From positions 928,001 through 992,000 of the forward strand of contig CAVYXA010000001.1 in NCBI GenBank assembly GCA_963772365.1: a stretch of DNA of 64,000 bases. The letters are read 5' to 3'. The position numbers were made by a program, and so were the translations under genes. The stretch is from an uncultured Verrucomicrobiae bacterium. Lineage in GTDB: Bacteria > Verrucomicrobiota > Verrucomicrobiia > Chthoniobacterales > UBA10450. Positions 48,449 through 59,663 of the stretch are shown here, one piece after another (position 1 is the stretch's first letter; each line of letters starts with the position of its first letter). The notes beneath the pieces were generated by a model that saw only the letters and a program-made list of their open reading frames with translations, did not search any database and was not told the origin of the DNA.

Positions 48449-50171
48449 TTAGATCATATACATCGGCCGGCTTCGCGGTTTGAGAGATTGGCGCATTAAC
48501 CGCAAATACTTTTTCCGGGTCGAGTCCGATTTTCCGCAAGATGGACAGGAACCGTTTATCAGAGCGCAACGGTATGAATTCGGGTGCGATCCCGACCATA
48601 TGCAGGGATGAGGAGCGCTGCTCGCAGGCCCGTTCCAGTTCTTGAATGGCATTGTCATGCGTCGCCCAATGCCACATGAACATGGGCTGACGCGTCGCCG
48701 GGCAGTGTAGCGATCGATTCGCGCGATGGCAGTTTGGAGAGTCTCGAGCGCGCTTCCTCGCGGCCGATTCATCCGCGCAAAGGTAATGGCCAGACCAAAT
48801 GCCGGTCTGCCGGCGACGCCTGCGCCTTTTTATACAGCGCGATCGCTTCGTCGAATCGCCCCGTCTCGCGATATAGCGCGCCAAGCCGGCTCGCCATAAG
48901 CCACAAATATCGGATCAAGTTGCAATGCCCGTTCACCCGCCGCGACTGCTTCGTCGTACAGACCAAAATAGCGGTAGAGCTCACAGGCAGAGTTGTTGAC
49001 CCAGAGCGATGCCGGATCCATCTTTGAGGTGCGCTTCAGGAAAGCCAGCGCTTTGTCGCGATCGCCTCGCGCGCCATAAAACGCCGCGATGAAATAATTG
49101 GACGAGGTCGAGCTCGGATCGATGGCGAAAGCGCGTTTGTATTCACTCTCCGCATCATCAAGGTCCCAATCGAGAATGCGTTTTGTCTCGGCAAGATAAA
49201 CATGCGCTTCTGCTTCGTTATTGTCGATCTTAAGTGCATTGAGTGCGGCATCACGGACTTTCGGATACCCTCCAACGGCGAAACGATAAATATCCGCCAG
49301 CCAGAGCCATGCTTTGCAATACCCGTCCAGGCCCGGGCAAATTGCGGATCTTTCTCCAGCGCGCGTTGGAAAAATTCCAGACTCTGCCGAAGCGCCTCCT
49401 CGTGCTCTTGTCGGAATAGAGAAGTCCTCGCAGATAAATCTTCATAAGCATCTGTGCTGGGCACGAGTCGCGAAACCGAGCGGCACTGCGTGAATATCGA
49501 GCTTTAATTTCAAGACATCGACAATTGCGCGCGTAATTTCATCCTCCAGCGCGAAAATTCCCTGCAACTCGCGATCGAATGTTTCCGACCAGAGAGTAAA
49601 ACCGTCATGCAGCATCGATCAGCTCCGCCGTGATTCGAACACGATTGCCATCGCGGCGCACGGTGCCTTCGAACACATGCTCGACATTTAGCTTCTCGCG
49701 ATTTCCTTCACCGTCGCTTTTTTGTCCTTTGAACCAAAACGAGGAGCGGCGCGCGGCAACGCGCAGCCCGTCGATCTTGGCCAGCGCCGTTAGGATTTCC
49801 TCAGCGATACCTTCACTGAAATAATCATGATCTTTTTGCGGGCTGAGATCGGCGAACGGCAAAACCGCGATCGATTTTTCGAAACAGATCGGGCGTTTGG
49901 GCGATACCGATCTTGACTTCAGACGATTTCAATCCGGCGTGCGGACGATTCCATATCGGGTGAGATCGAAAAACCAAGCGAGCACGAACGCAAGCGGAAA
50001 ACCGGCAATGATCAGGACGACGATAGACGCACAACCCAGTTTGGAGCATCGAACACCGGAAGAAGTTGCGCGATGCCCTGGGCCAGTGCCCACGCGCCAA
50101 CGGCATAAGCAATCGCGACGGTATAAACTTTTCTGCCGTTTCAGTTCGCCGAAAAAATCTTTCGGATTCAC
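48449..50171 (-). pseudogene. TolB-like/TPR protein of the adenylate-cyclase-associated family, many frameshifts
   Basis: MNPKDFFGELKR.., IAVLPFADLS..DYFSEGIAEEIL..LRVAARRSSF.., TPR fragments, PEFIPLRSDKRF; disruptions may be sequencing errors. Confidence 0.7.
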
Positions 50172-52565
50172 GGATTTGTTGCGACAATCAGTTTTTGAAA
50201 TTCCGGATCATTGCGAAGCGGGTCCCATTCCCAGCGAGATTTCAGGTCGTTAATGGTAATGCTGTAGTCGGCGCTATCCACCGCGCCGGGAATGGCCAGC
50301 AGATGGCGAAGCAACTCGATGGCTCTGTGCTTTTTCGCCAGTCCGGGCATAAATCAAGGCGAGGACAGCCTTTCAGGAGCGTGCCATCCAGCGCATCCTG
50401 TGATTCGGGACAGCAATTCGACGGCGCGCTTGCCTTCTCGAATGGCGCGTTCCTTGTCGCCAGCAAGTGCGCAGGCCAGACCGAAAAAGGCGTGTCGCTC
50501 AGGGCCGTCAGGCGCTTCTTCAACGGCGGTCAGCGAAAAATCGCGAGCCTGAGCGAAATTGTTGTCGAGCCGCCGCAGTTATCCCCGCGCATAAGCGCAA
50601 TTTCACCGGCAAAGAGACTGCGCGGGAGCATCAACAGCGTTGAAATAGGAAAAGGTTTCACGTGGCGAGCTGAGCAGAGCCCCTCAGCTGCGGCAGGATC
50701 GCGATCGATCAGGTTCGCGTCGATCCGGGAACCAGTGATAAAGCCATCGGGATCTTCCCCGGCGGGAATCGTCGCCATTTCGCTTTTCAAGCGCGCCGTC
50801 GATGCCTTTTTTCCAAAACTCGACGTAGCCTATTTGCGTTTTGCATTCAATGAATTTGGCGTTAGCGCAAGAAGACGTTGTGCGGTCGCTTCCGTGTTCG
50901 GCCAATCGCGCATGCCGCAGTAAACATAGAGGAGATCCCGCAGGATATTGGCATTCTGGGGATCGAGTAGCAGAATCCGCCGATAATCTTGGGCCGCTTC
51001 CTGCCACTTGCCCTGCCGGCGCTTGATCGCGGCGATATGCCAGGCAATCTCCGCTGTCGTTAGGCAGAAGCGATTGAGCAATGGCGAATTGTCGCAAAGC
51101 GCTCTCGTAATCGCGATCGAACCAGTAATAGCACAGACCCAACGCGTGATGGCCTTCGCCCAAATTCGGCTCCAGTTCCAGTGATTTTTCTGCTTGGTCC
51201 CGGGCCTGTTTTCTCCACACTCAGTCGGTTCATAAAAGTGATAAATGCGGGCGCAAGTAGTCGATAGACCGACATGGGCAAGGGCAAACTGGGGATCAAG
51301 CGTGATTGCCTGCAGATAAAGCTGTTCCGCGGTCCGATAGATCCTGGAGAAAAGTGTCTGGGCTTAAACTCATAATGCCGCGCCTGAAGATAAAGATCGT
51401 AAGCCTGAGGATTGTTTGTTGGCTTGCGTTGAAATTGCGCTTTTTCTTCCGGCGTCAGCGTTGCTCGCAGAGGCGTCGGCGACTTCATGGGCGAGCTGGC
51501 CTTGCATGCTCAGCGAACTGTTCAGTGTCATGTCATAGCGATTAGCCCAAAATGTCGATCCTGGCGGGCATCGATCAACTGAACATTGATCGCCACACGG
51601 TCGCCTTGCCGGCCGAACACTTCCCTCGAGCACATTGGCCGCCCCCAGCTCCTGGCCGATTTCGCGGACACTGGCTTTTTGGTGGCCCGCGGTAATTTTC
51701 CACCGATGTGCGGCTGATTACTCGCAGATCGTGAACCTTGGCCAGGCTCGTCAGGATATCGTCCTCGAATCCCATCGCCAAAAAACACAATCGATTTGTC
51801 ATCACTGAAGCTTTCGAAAGGAAGAACAGCGATCGACTTGTCTGGTAATGGGGTTTGATCGGTGGACCGGTTTTTCCAAAACCACCCAGCTGCGCTAAAA
51901 GGATTAGCGGACTTATGCCTCCCGCCGCATTATCTGCAACAGAAACGCAACCGGCGCGCTCTGGCCAGCCCTGGCGGTTGCCGCCGCAACTTTTCGGCGG
52001 AGCCGCGATTGCCAAAATCCGGCCCATGCAAGACTAAACAGATGAACTGTGACATCGTGCTTCACGCCACATTCGCCGACTATCATGTAAATACTGCTCC
52101 CATTCGCGGAATTGGCCGATATCGTCTGCGACACGCTGGGAAAGAAGAATGTGCCCCGCGTCACCACAATCCATTACCCGCTGGGCGAGGTTGATCCCTG
52201 AGCCGGCAACATTGGTTCCAAGATCGACATCCTCCACCTGCGTAATCGGTCCGCTATTGATTCCCATGCGAATTGCAAGTGCTGATATCCGAACGAAGCC
52301 GCCGCGCAATTTCCACCGCACAACGCACCGGTGCTTCCGGCGTCGTAAAAAAAATAAGGGCGGTGCCATCGCCTGTGGGAAGTCGAATGACTTTTCCTCT
52401 AGCTTCGGCCCATTGGAATTCCTTGCTGCTCGCGCACTGACCGCGTTCAAATTCTGCACCCTGGAATGTTGATCATCAATGAGCAGCTTCGAATAGCCGA
52501 CGATATCGATGAGCAGAACGTGCGCGATTTCCAGTTTGGCACCCGCTGAGGGTCTCGTTGGTCAT
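50168..52565 (-). pseudogene. Class III nucleotide-cyclase-like plus TolB-like plus TPR protein, many frameshifts
   Basis: AHVLLIDIVGYSK, RMGINSGP..GINLAQRVMDCGDAGHILLS, DLRVISRTSV, WDPLRNDPEFQKL. Confidence 0.7.
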
Positions 52566-52651
52566 TTGGATCAAACCTGGCTGTAAGGCTAATTAAGGCG
52601 GCGAGTCGCCCTTTCACAAGCGGAAGCTCGCCGGTGATGCTATTTTGTCGG

Positions 52652-54927
52652 ATGGCTTTCGAGCTGGAATCGAATTACAAACCGCGCGGTGATCAGGGCC
52701 AGGCGATTGCAAAGCTGATCAAGTCAGTGGAGGCGGGGAATCGGCATCAGACGTTGCTCGGCGTTACCGGTTCGGGGAAAACGTTTACGATCGCCAATGT
52801 CATTCGGGAAATCGAGCGGCCCACGCTGGTCATTTCGCATAATAAGACGCTGGCGGCGCAGCTTTACTCGGAGTTCAAACAATTTTTCCGCACAAAACGC
52901 GTCGAATATTTCGTCAGTTACTTCGATTATTATCAGCCGGAAGCTTACATTCCGCGCTCAGATACCTACATCGAGAAAGATTCGTCCATTAACGAAGAGA
53001 TCGAGCGGTTACGGCTTTCCACGGCGAGCGCGTTGCTTTCCCGGCGCGACGTGATCGTCGTAGCGAGCGTGTCGTGCATTTACGGCGTCACCTCGCCAGA
53101 GGACTACGAGCGAATGCTCCTCACCGTAAAACGCGGCCAGCAGATCAGTCGCGAAGCGGTGCTCAGCCGTTTGATCGACATGTTATACGAACGTAACGAC
53201 GTGAATTTCTCGCGCGAGGCCGATTTCGCGTCCGCGGCGACGTGGTGGAAGATTTATCCAGCTACTGCCGACGAAGAAGGAATTCGCCTGGAGTTTTTCG
53301 GGGACGAGATCGACGCCATCACTCGTTTCGATCCCCTCACCGGTCATGCCCATGAATCGCTCAGCGTCATCACATTTTTCCCGGCCAAACAATTCGTCAC
53401 CCCGGCGGACAAACTGAACCGCGCGCTTTCCTCGATCCGGAACGAACTGGAGCACCGGATTATCGAGTTCGAATCGAACAACAAGCTATTGGAATCGCAA
53501 CGACTCCGAATGCGCACCGAATACGATCTGGAAATGTTGCAGGAGATGGGATTCTGCAACGGAATCGAGAATTATTCGCGCCATCTCTCCGGCCGCGCCC
53601 CCGGGTCAAAGCCCTACACCATCATCGATTTTTTCCCGAAAGATTTTCTGGTCGCGGTTGATGAATCGCACGCCACGATTCCGCAAATCGGCGGGATGTA
53701 CGAAGGGGACCGCTCGCGCAAAACTGTCTTGGTCGAATATGGCTTTCGATCTGCCGAGCGCGCTCGACAATCGCCCGCTCAATTTCGACGAGTTCATGAA
53801 GATGACTAATCAGATCATTTACGTCAGCGCAACTCCAGCCGAGTTCGAGATTCAAAACAGCATAGTCGGCAATGCGAAATATTTCCCGCACAAACGGCAG
53901 CGGATCGGTCAGGACGAACCGGTGCCGTTATGTTACTGCCGGTGCAACCCAAAGATTGTAGGGCAAGCGCTCTACCGCTTGCAGCATACGACGGCGTTCG
54001 GCAGGCGGCGCGCCTGCAGAAACCGGATGCGAAAATTTCGCAAGACGGATGAGGCGCCGGAGAAATTCGATGCTCATACGCCCGGCGTCGCCGTTAGTGA
54101 TCGAGCAGATCATCCGACCGACCGGGCTTCTCGATCCTAAAGATCACGATCAAGCCGCTCAAACATCAGATCGACGACACCATCGAGCTGTGTCGTCAGC
54201 GAGTGGAAAAAGGCGAGCGCATCCTGATTACCACCCTCACCAAACGGACCGCCGAAGATCTCGCCGATTACTTGCGCGATGTTGGATTAAAGGTGCGCTA
54301 CTTGCATAGCGATATTGATACGATTGAGCGGGTGGAAATTCTCCGCGGTTTGCGCGCTGCCGATTTCGATATCCTGGTCGGCATCAATTTGCTCCGGGAA
54401 GGTCTCGATCTTCCCGAAGTCTCGCTCGTCTGCATTCTCGATGCGGACAAGGAAGGTTTTCTGCGCAGCCAAACGTCGCTCATTCAGACTGCCGGACGGG
54501 CTGCGCGTCACGTGAACGGCGAAGTTGTGCTTTTTGCCGATCAGGTGACCCAAAGCATGGAAGCATTGATCTCGATCTCGGAATATCGCCGCGCCAAACA
54601 AATGGAATACAACGAAAAGCACGGGATCACGCCGCAAACAGTTCGCCGAGCCGTGCAGGAAAGTCTGCACACCATTCTGCGCGGGTCGGGAGATCGCCGC
54701 GTCAGTGATCAGCGAAGTCGGCGGCGATTTCAATGTGACCGAGCTGTCTGCGCGAATTGGAAGAAGAAATGCAGCGCGCCTCCGCGAATTTGGAATTCGA
54801 GCGGGCGGCTCTTCTTCGCGATCAAATCATGGAAGTAAAAAGCGGCGCCGGCATTGCCAAAATCGAACCGAAACGCCGCCCAATAAAATACACCCGGAAA
54901 GCGGGCCGGCGCCGTTCCCGCGTTTGA
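52652..54927 (+). CDS. uvrB: Excinuclease ABC subunit B (several frameshifts)
   Basis: [55 protein letters not shown]-terminal UVR motif. Confidence 0.93.
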
Positions 54928-55029
54928 TTGGAACTAATCGCAGCGGCTTCGCCGATTGGTTTACAATCGCGCGCTGAGATCGCGATCCACCACCCACGCT
55001 GCCCCCAAGGCAATTATATCTGCGTTGGC

Positions 55030-55396
55030 TCAGTGCAACGTCTATCCCCACGATCGCGACGGCCACCGCCGCCGTAACCGCCACCTCCACCAACCGCCAC
55101 CACCGTAACCGCGACCGCCTCCGCCGCCGCCGCCACTTGGACCGGGACTCGCGTGGACGCGCCTCATTAACCGTTAAAGGCCGACCGTCCATAGCCTTGC
55201 CATTTAGCTGGCTGATGGCGTTCTGGGCATCCTGTTCGGAGCCCATAGTGACAAAGGCAAATCCTCGCGATTTGCCAGTGAATTTATCCTGCATGAGGGT
55301 CACTTCCTGGACCGCGCCAGCCTGTGAGAAGAGCTCCTGCAGTTCGTTTTCGGTTGTGCTGAAAGGCAGATTGCCGACGTATAATTTTGTACCCAT
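55030..55396 (-). CDS. RRM RNA-binding protein with Gly-rich tail (tail frameshifted, end approximate)
   Basis: KLYVGNL, SRGFAFVTM, LTVNEARP. Confidence 0.9.
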
Positions 55397-55575
55397 TGAG
55401 TTTATTCTTAGAAACGCAGCAAGGTCACTGTTCCCGCTTATCGGATTTCAAATCGCCGCTGAATAAACTCAACTGACAATCCACCAACTGCCAAGCTACT
55501 GTTTCTCTGGCTGGATTTGTAAAATGCTTCACTTGAGAAAGCAACAGGAATCGCGAATGAATTTGGGGGGTTCAA

Positions 55576-56824
55576 ATGGCTAAATCTGACGCTATCGACG
55601 TGAAAAATAATCGCGTTGCCGTAGTCGCGGCTGGCGTGGTCAGCCCGCTCGGATTTGGTCTGCAGGAAACGCTCGATTCACTCCGGACCGGACGCGATTG
55701 CGTCACTCTCGTAACTCGCTTTTCCGTTGCGAACTCTCGCTGCAAAACTGCTGGCCAAATCCCGGATGAACGTTTGCTCGAGGGCAACGGAAACGGCAGA
55801 CAAACGAAACGTTTGCATCGCGCGTCGCATATGATGATTCGCGCTTTGGAGGAAGCGCTGACCCAGAATCGATTCGCTCCGGAACTCGCCGTGATCGGAA
55901 CCACCAGCGGCGGCATGTCGTATGGCGAAGATTATTACCGGGCATTACATCGACATGGATCACTGCGGCATTCGCCGTCCTGGATCGCAAACTATCCGGG
56001 ACAAAAACCAGTCATCGACGCGCTCGAAGCTTTCGAGATTTCCGCGCCGTGTCAGGTAATCGCAAATGCGTGCGCTTCCGGCACAAACGCAATCGGTCAT
56101 GCTTTCGAGTCCATTCGTTCCGGTCGATATGAACGCATTCTGGCCGGCGGTTACGATGCAATCTCGGAGCTCGTTTTTGCCGGATTCGATTCGCTTCAAG
56201 CGGCGACACCGGAAAAATGCCGGCCGTTCGATCGCGCACGCACCGGCATGGTTCTGGGCGAAGGAGCGGCCGTTCTCGCTCTGGAAAATTTTGACACAGC
56301 GATTTCGCGCGGTGCGCCGATCCTGGCGGAAATAACCGGCTACGGGATTTCGACGGATAACTACCACATGACGCAACCCAATCCCTCCGGCAGCGGACCG
56401 CTTCAGGCGATGGAGCAGGCGCTACAAAGTGCGAGGATTTCCGCCGATGCGATTGATTACATCAACGCCCATGGCACCGCCACGATCTTCAACGACGCAA
56501 CCGAAGGCAAGGCCATCTCACAACTGTTCGGGCGCGTCCCAGTCAGCTCGACCAAGAGCATGATGGGTCATTCGTCTGGGCGCGGCCGGCGCGATCGAAG
56601 CAATTTTTTGTCTTCTCGCTTTGCAGCACCAGTTTCTCCCGCCAAATACCAATTTCCAATCGCCCGATGAGAATGTCGATCTTGATATTGTGGCAAACCA
56701 AAGCCGGCCCTCATCGTTCCGCACGGCGCTTTCAAACTCATTCGGGTTCGGCGGCACGAATGCTTCCATCGTGATACAGAAATCCAGCCTTCGCCAAGGC
56801 TACGGCGGACAAGGTTCGGCATGA
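55576..56824 (+). CDS. Beta-ketoacyl-ACP synthase (FabF-like), frameshift near 56578
   Basis: ANACASG, RPFD, GEGA, NAHGT, KSMMGH, SNSFGFGG. Confidence 0.9.
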
Positions 56825-57951
56825 GTCTGGGAATTGCCGGCATGGGCTGGGTCACCCCGCAGGGCAGTGGTATCGATCCTGTCTGGCAACATTTGCTCGA
56901 AGGTCACGAAGCGACTCCCGAACAGGTCGCCGATCAGTTTGGCGATCATACCTACAGCGTTTTCAAAGTGCCGCAGACAGCGCTGACCAATCTGCCTGCA
57001 CATCCGCGATTGCGCCGAGTCAGTCCAATTTCACGATTCGCCGTAGCCGCCGGATTACAAGCCCTGGAGAACGCGGGGCTGAAACTTGATTCCGAAACGG
57101 CGAAACGCATCGCGCTCGTCTTCGCCATCTCGAACGGCGGTGTAATTTACACCAAGCGTTTTTATCAGGACATCGTCGAATCCGGCGCGCAAGCCGCCAG
57201 CCCGCTTCTTTTTCCCGAGACGGTATTCAACGCGCCGGCCAGTCATCTCGCCGCGATTCTCGGGATCACCGGTGCGACCTACACGTTGATCGGCGACGGC
57301 GCAGTTGGCCTTTTGGCAATCGGAATGGCCGAAGATCTGATGACCAATCACGATCTCGACTACTGCCTTGTCGTCGGCACCGAAGAAATTGATTGGCTGC
57401 TGTGCGATGCCTATCGCAAATGGCGGTTGCTCCGGTTACAGCCACCGATCGAGCCGTTTCGCAATGTTTCCCGCGGGACGATCCTGAGCGAAGGCGGCGG
57501 CGCAATTCTTCTCAGTCGCGACGCCCCAATCCAGATCGAGAAAACCAATCCGGGCGGCTACTATCGGAAACGCTCGGAAGCGGAAAAAGTTCTGAACCGG
57601 GTCCTGACCGATCTCGCTGATGGCAAGATCGACATCGCAATTGGCAGCGCCAACGGCACGTTCATCGACAAAGCGGAGAGCGCCGCATTTTCTCGAACAA
57701 TTCCAGACGCCGTCATTTACACCGCGAAACCCGCCATGGGCGAAAGCGTAGGCGCATCCGGATTATGGCAAGTCATCATCGCAGCCAAAGCTTTGCTGGA
57801 AGCCAGACTACCTCCCCTGCTCCACTGCGCTTCGAATCTTCCCATGTCGATTTCGGGAATGACCACCAAACTTTCCACTCCGGCCAAAGCAATCGTCGCA
57901 ACCTGCGGCATGAACGAACAAATCGCGGGCTTGCGTCTCGGGAAAATCTAA
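56821..57951 (+). CDS. Ketosynthase-like protein without catalytic residues (chain-length-factor-like)
   Basis: SPLLFPETVFNAPASHL; TLIGDG, SANGT and MGES at the Cys/His/His positions. Confidence 0.8.
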   Translation: MSLGIAGMGWVTPQGSGIDPVWQHLLEGHEATPEQVADQFGDHTYSVFKVPQTALTNLPAHPRLRRVSPISRFAVAAGLQALENAGLKLDSETAKRIALVFAISNGGVIYTKRFYQDIVESGAQAASPLLFPETVFNAPASHLAAILGITGATYTLIGDGAVGLLAIGMAEDLMTNHDLDYCLVVGTEEIDWLLCDAYRKWRLLRLQPPIEPFRNVSRGTILSEGGGAILLSRDAPIQIEKTNPGGYYRKRSEAEKVLNRVLTDLADGKIDIAIGSANGTFIDKAESAAFSRTIPDAVIYTAKPAMGESVGASGLWQVIIAAKALLEARLPPLLHCASNLPMSISGMTTKLSTPAKAIVATCGMNEQIAGLRLGKI

Positions 57952-57965
57952 GCCGCTCCCAAAAA

Positions 57966-58949
57966 TCACTTCCGCGAATCCTGTACGATCTGGTCCAGCC
58001 GGTAGCCGTCGATGTCCGTGTTGACCTGAATCCAGATCGGCAAATGATCGGACATTTGATAGGTGAATTTCTCCCGGCTGTAATTCTTGCCGGGAAAAAG
58101 GGCGTTAATGCTCGCGTTGTTGATGAAAAAATCGAGCGCGCCGCCGTTGTTGGTGAAGTTGTCCGGCATCGTGGCGCGATGGAGAATCTGGTCGTAGCGG
58201 GCGTTAAAACCGAGGTTCGAACCTTTGATGAGCCGGTCGCCGACCTTTAGCTGCACGAGCGGCCGCGGGATTTTCAGTTTATAACTGAGCAAGACGTCGA
58301 AGACCGGGTCGGTGATGTTCGGAGTATTGAAGTCGCCCATGAGAAGGAGATCATGGTCCTCGGCGAACTTGTTTTTAAAACGCGTATCGATCCACTCAGC
58401 AAGCAACTCGAGCTCAGCCACGCGGGCCTCGATGCTATCGCCCCATCGAATATGGGTCGCGATGACAATGAAATCGAAGTTGCCGGCGCGAAAGGAACAC
58501 ATGTACGGCGCACGCCAGAAGGATTGAGTGGCGAGATATTCCCTGGCAGCTTTGGCGCGGGGAGCGTCGATCTCGGCGGCGAGTCCGTTATGAATAACGG
58601 CGCGGCGATCGAACAGAAAGGCGATTCGTTCCTTGTTCCCGCCGCTGTCCGCAATCCAATCGGAGAAAACGACGCGCCACTCCGGCCCGAGATATTCCAG
58701 AACGCGGCCGAGGTCGGTGAGATCGTCGCGCAGCTCGACCATGGCGATTACATCGAATTGTCCCAGGATTTCCGCGATGTAATGAATGGCCGGCTCGGTT
58801 CGATGGACCCGGCCGAATTCACGAATGTTCCAGACCGCGACGTTGATCGATTCATCCAGTTTGGAAGGCGGAATCTTCGCAGCCTTGATCCGGTCGCGCA
58901 GAACAAGGAGCCCAGCCGCGATTTCGGGAGTAACGTCGCCGTGGTGCAT
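57966..58949 (-). CDS. Endonuclease/exonuclease/phosphatase (DNase I-like) family protein
   Basis: WNIREF, VIAMVE, MGDFN, YDQI, SDHLP. Confidence 0.88.
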   Translation of the reverse strand: MHHGDVTPEIAAGLLVLRDRIKAAKIPPSKLDESINVAVWNIREFGRVHRTEPAIHYIAEILGQFDVIAMVELRDDLTDLGRVLEYLGPEWRVVFSDWIADSGGNKERIAFLFDRRAVIHNGLAAEIDAPRAKAAREYLATQSFWRAPYMCSFRAGNFDFIVIATHIRWGDSIEARVAELELLAEWIDTRFKNKFAEDHDLLLMGDFNTPNITDPVFDVLLSYKLKIPRPLVQLKVGDRLIKGSNLGFNARYDQILHRATMPDNFTNNGGALDFFINNASINALFPGKNYSREKFTYQMSDHLPIWIQVNTDIDGYRLDQIVQDSRK

Positions 58950-59016
58950 GCCTCGACGCAGGTTAAATCAAATCAGCGAGAATATGGCAAGCGGGCTCTG
59001 TGGGACTGCCTTATGG

Positions 59017-59450
59017 GTCGCGCTTGATAAGTCGTCATAGGTGAAACTTCGAAATCGCTCACTTTCCTTTCTCTGAAAACGATTCGCCCCGAATTTGTCG
59101 GGGTTGAAACGCTCGGATTCGACTCGATCGAAACGCCTGTAGCGTCGGCTGTCCCCAGCCGATTTCTTCATCCCTTCCGCTGAGACAGCGGACTCTACAA
59201 CGCACCGAGACTTTGAGTGTGTCTAGGGAAGCCGGGCAGTTCGAGCAGGTAAATGAACGTTGTCGCGCTTGATTAGTTCTTCGTAGCTGGAACTTCGAAA
59301 TCGCTCACTTTCCTTTCTCTCTGAAAACGATTCGCCCCGGATTTGTCGGGGTTGAAACGCTTGGATTCGACTCGATCGAAACGGCTGTAGCGTCGGCTGT
59401 CCCCAGCCGATTTCTCTTCCCTTCCGCTGAGACAGCGGACTCTACAACGC
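59017..59450. repeat. Direct duplication (~160-bp core: 59045-59203 and 59291-59450), each copy with a GTAG REP doublet
   Basis: Near-identical copies; TGTAGCGTCGGCTGTCCCCAGCCGA...TCCGCTGAGACAGCGGACTCTACA in both. Confidence 0.92.
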
Positions 59451-59490
59451 CCTGCGGACGTCCGAACCAACAACTGACGAAGTCGTCTGA
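59017..59490 (-). pseudogene. Degenerate fragments resembling the C-terminus of a type I R-M HsdM
   Basis: Translations DDFVSCW, ERFRSSSYEELIKRDNVHL and ESERFRSFTYDD(L/I)KRD resemble the HsdM-type DDFVxCY...ERFRxFSYEELxKRDKxNLDI as recalled, not searched. Confidence 0.5.
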
Positions 59491-59663
59491 TCGGACAGAA
59501 TGGAGCGTGCTGGGTAGCCGCGACATGGATGGGAGAACCCGAGAGGGTGAGCCGGCGGGCAACCGGCGAATCAATGCTGATGTCGGGTTGCTTAAGTCCC
59601 GCGGCTTGGAAAACGTCGATGATCTCACCTTCGGGCGCGATCGCCTTTGACCCGGCGGCCGTT

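Noticed and set aside
52566..52651. LexA/SOS box upstream of uvrB
   Set aside because: No convincing palindromic operator seen.
43600..56600. Dense frameshifts (PBP1A, glutaredoxin, ECF sigma, cyclase-like genes, uvrB, RRM, ketosynthase) as programmed frameshifting or mass pseudogenisation
   Set aside because: They are small indels in unrelated conserved genes with motifs intact on both sides and are regionally clustered, which fits low-coverage long-read consensus error. Reads are needed to confirm.
59045..59450. Direct repeats as a CRISPR array or attL/attR sites
   Set aside because: Only two ~160-bp units, with no spacer pattern, cas genes, integrase or tRNA.
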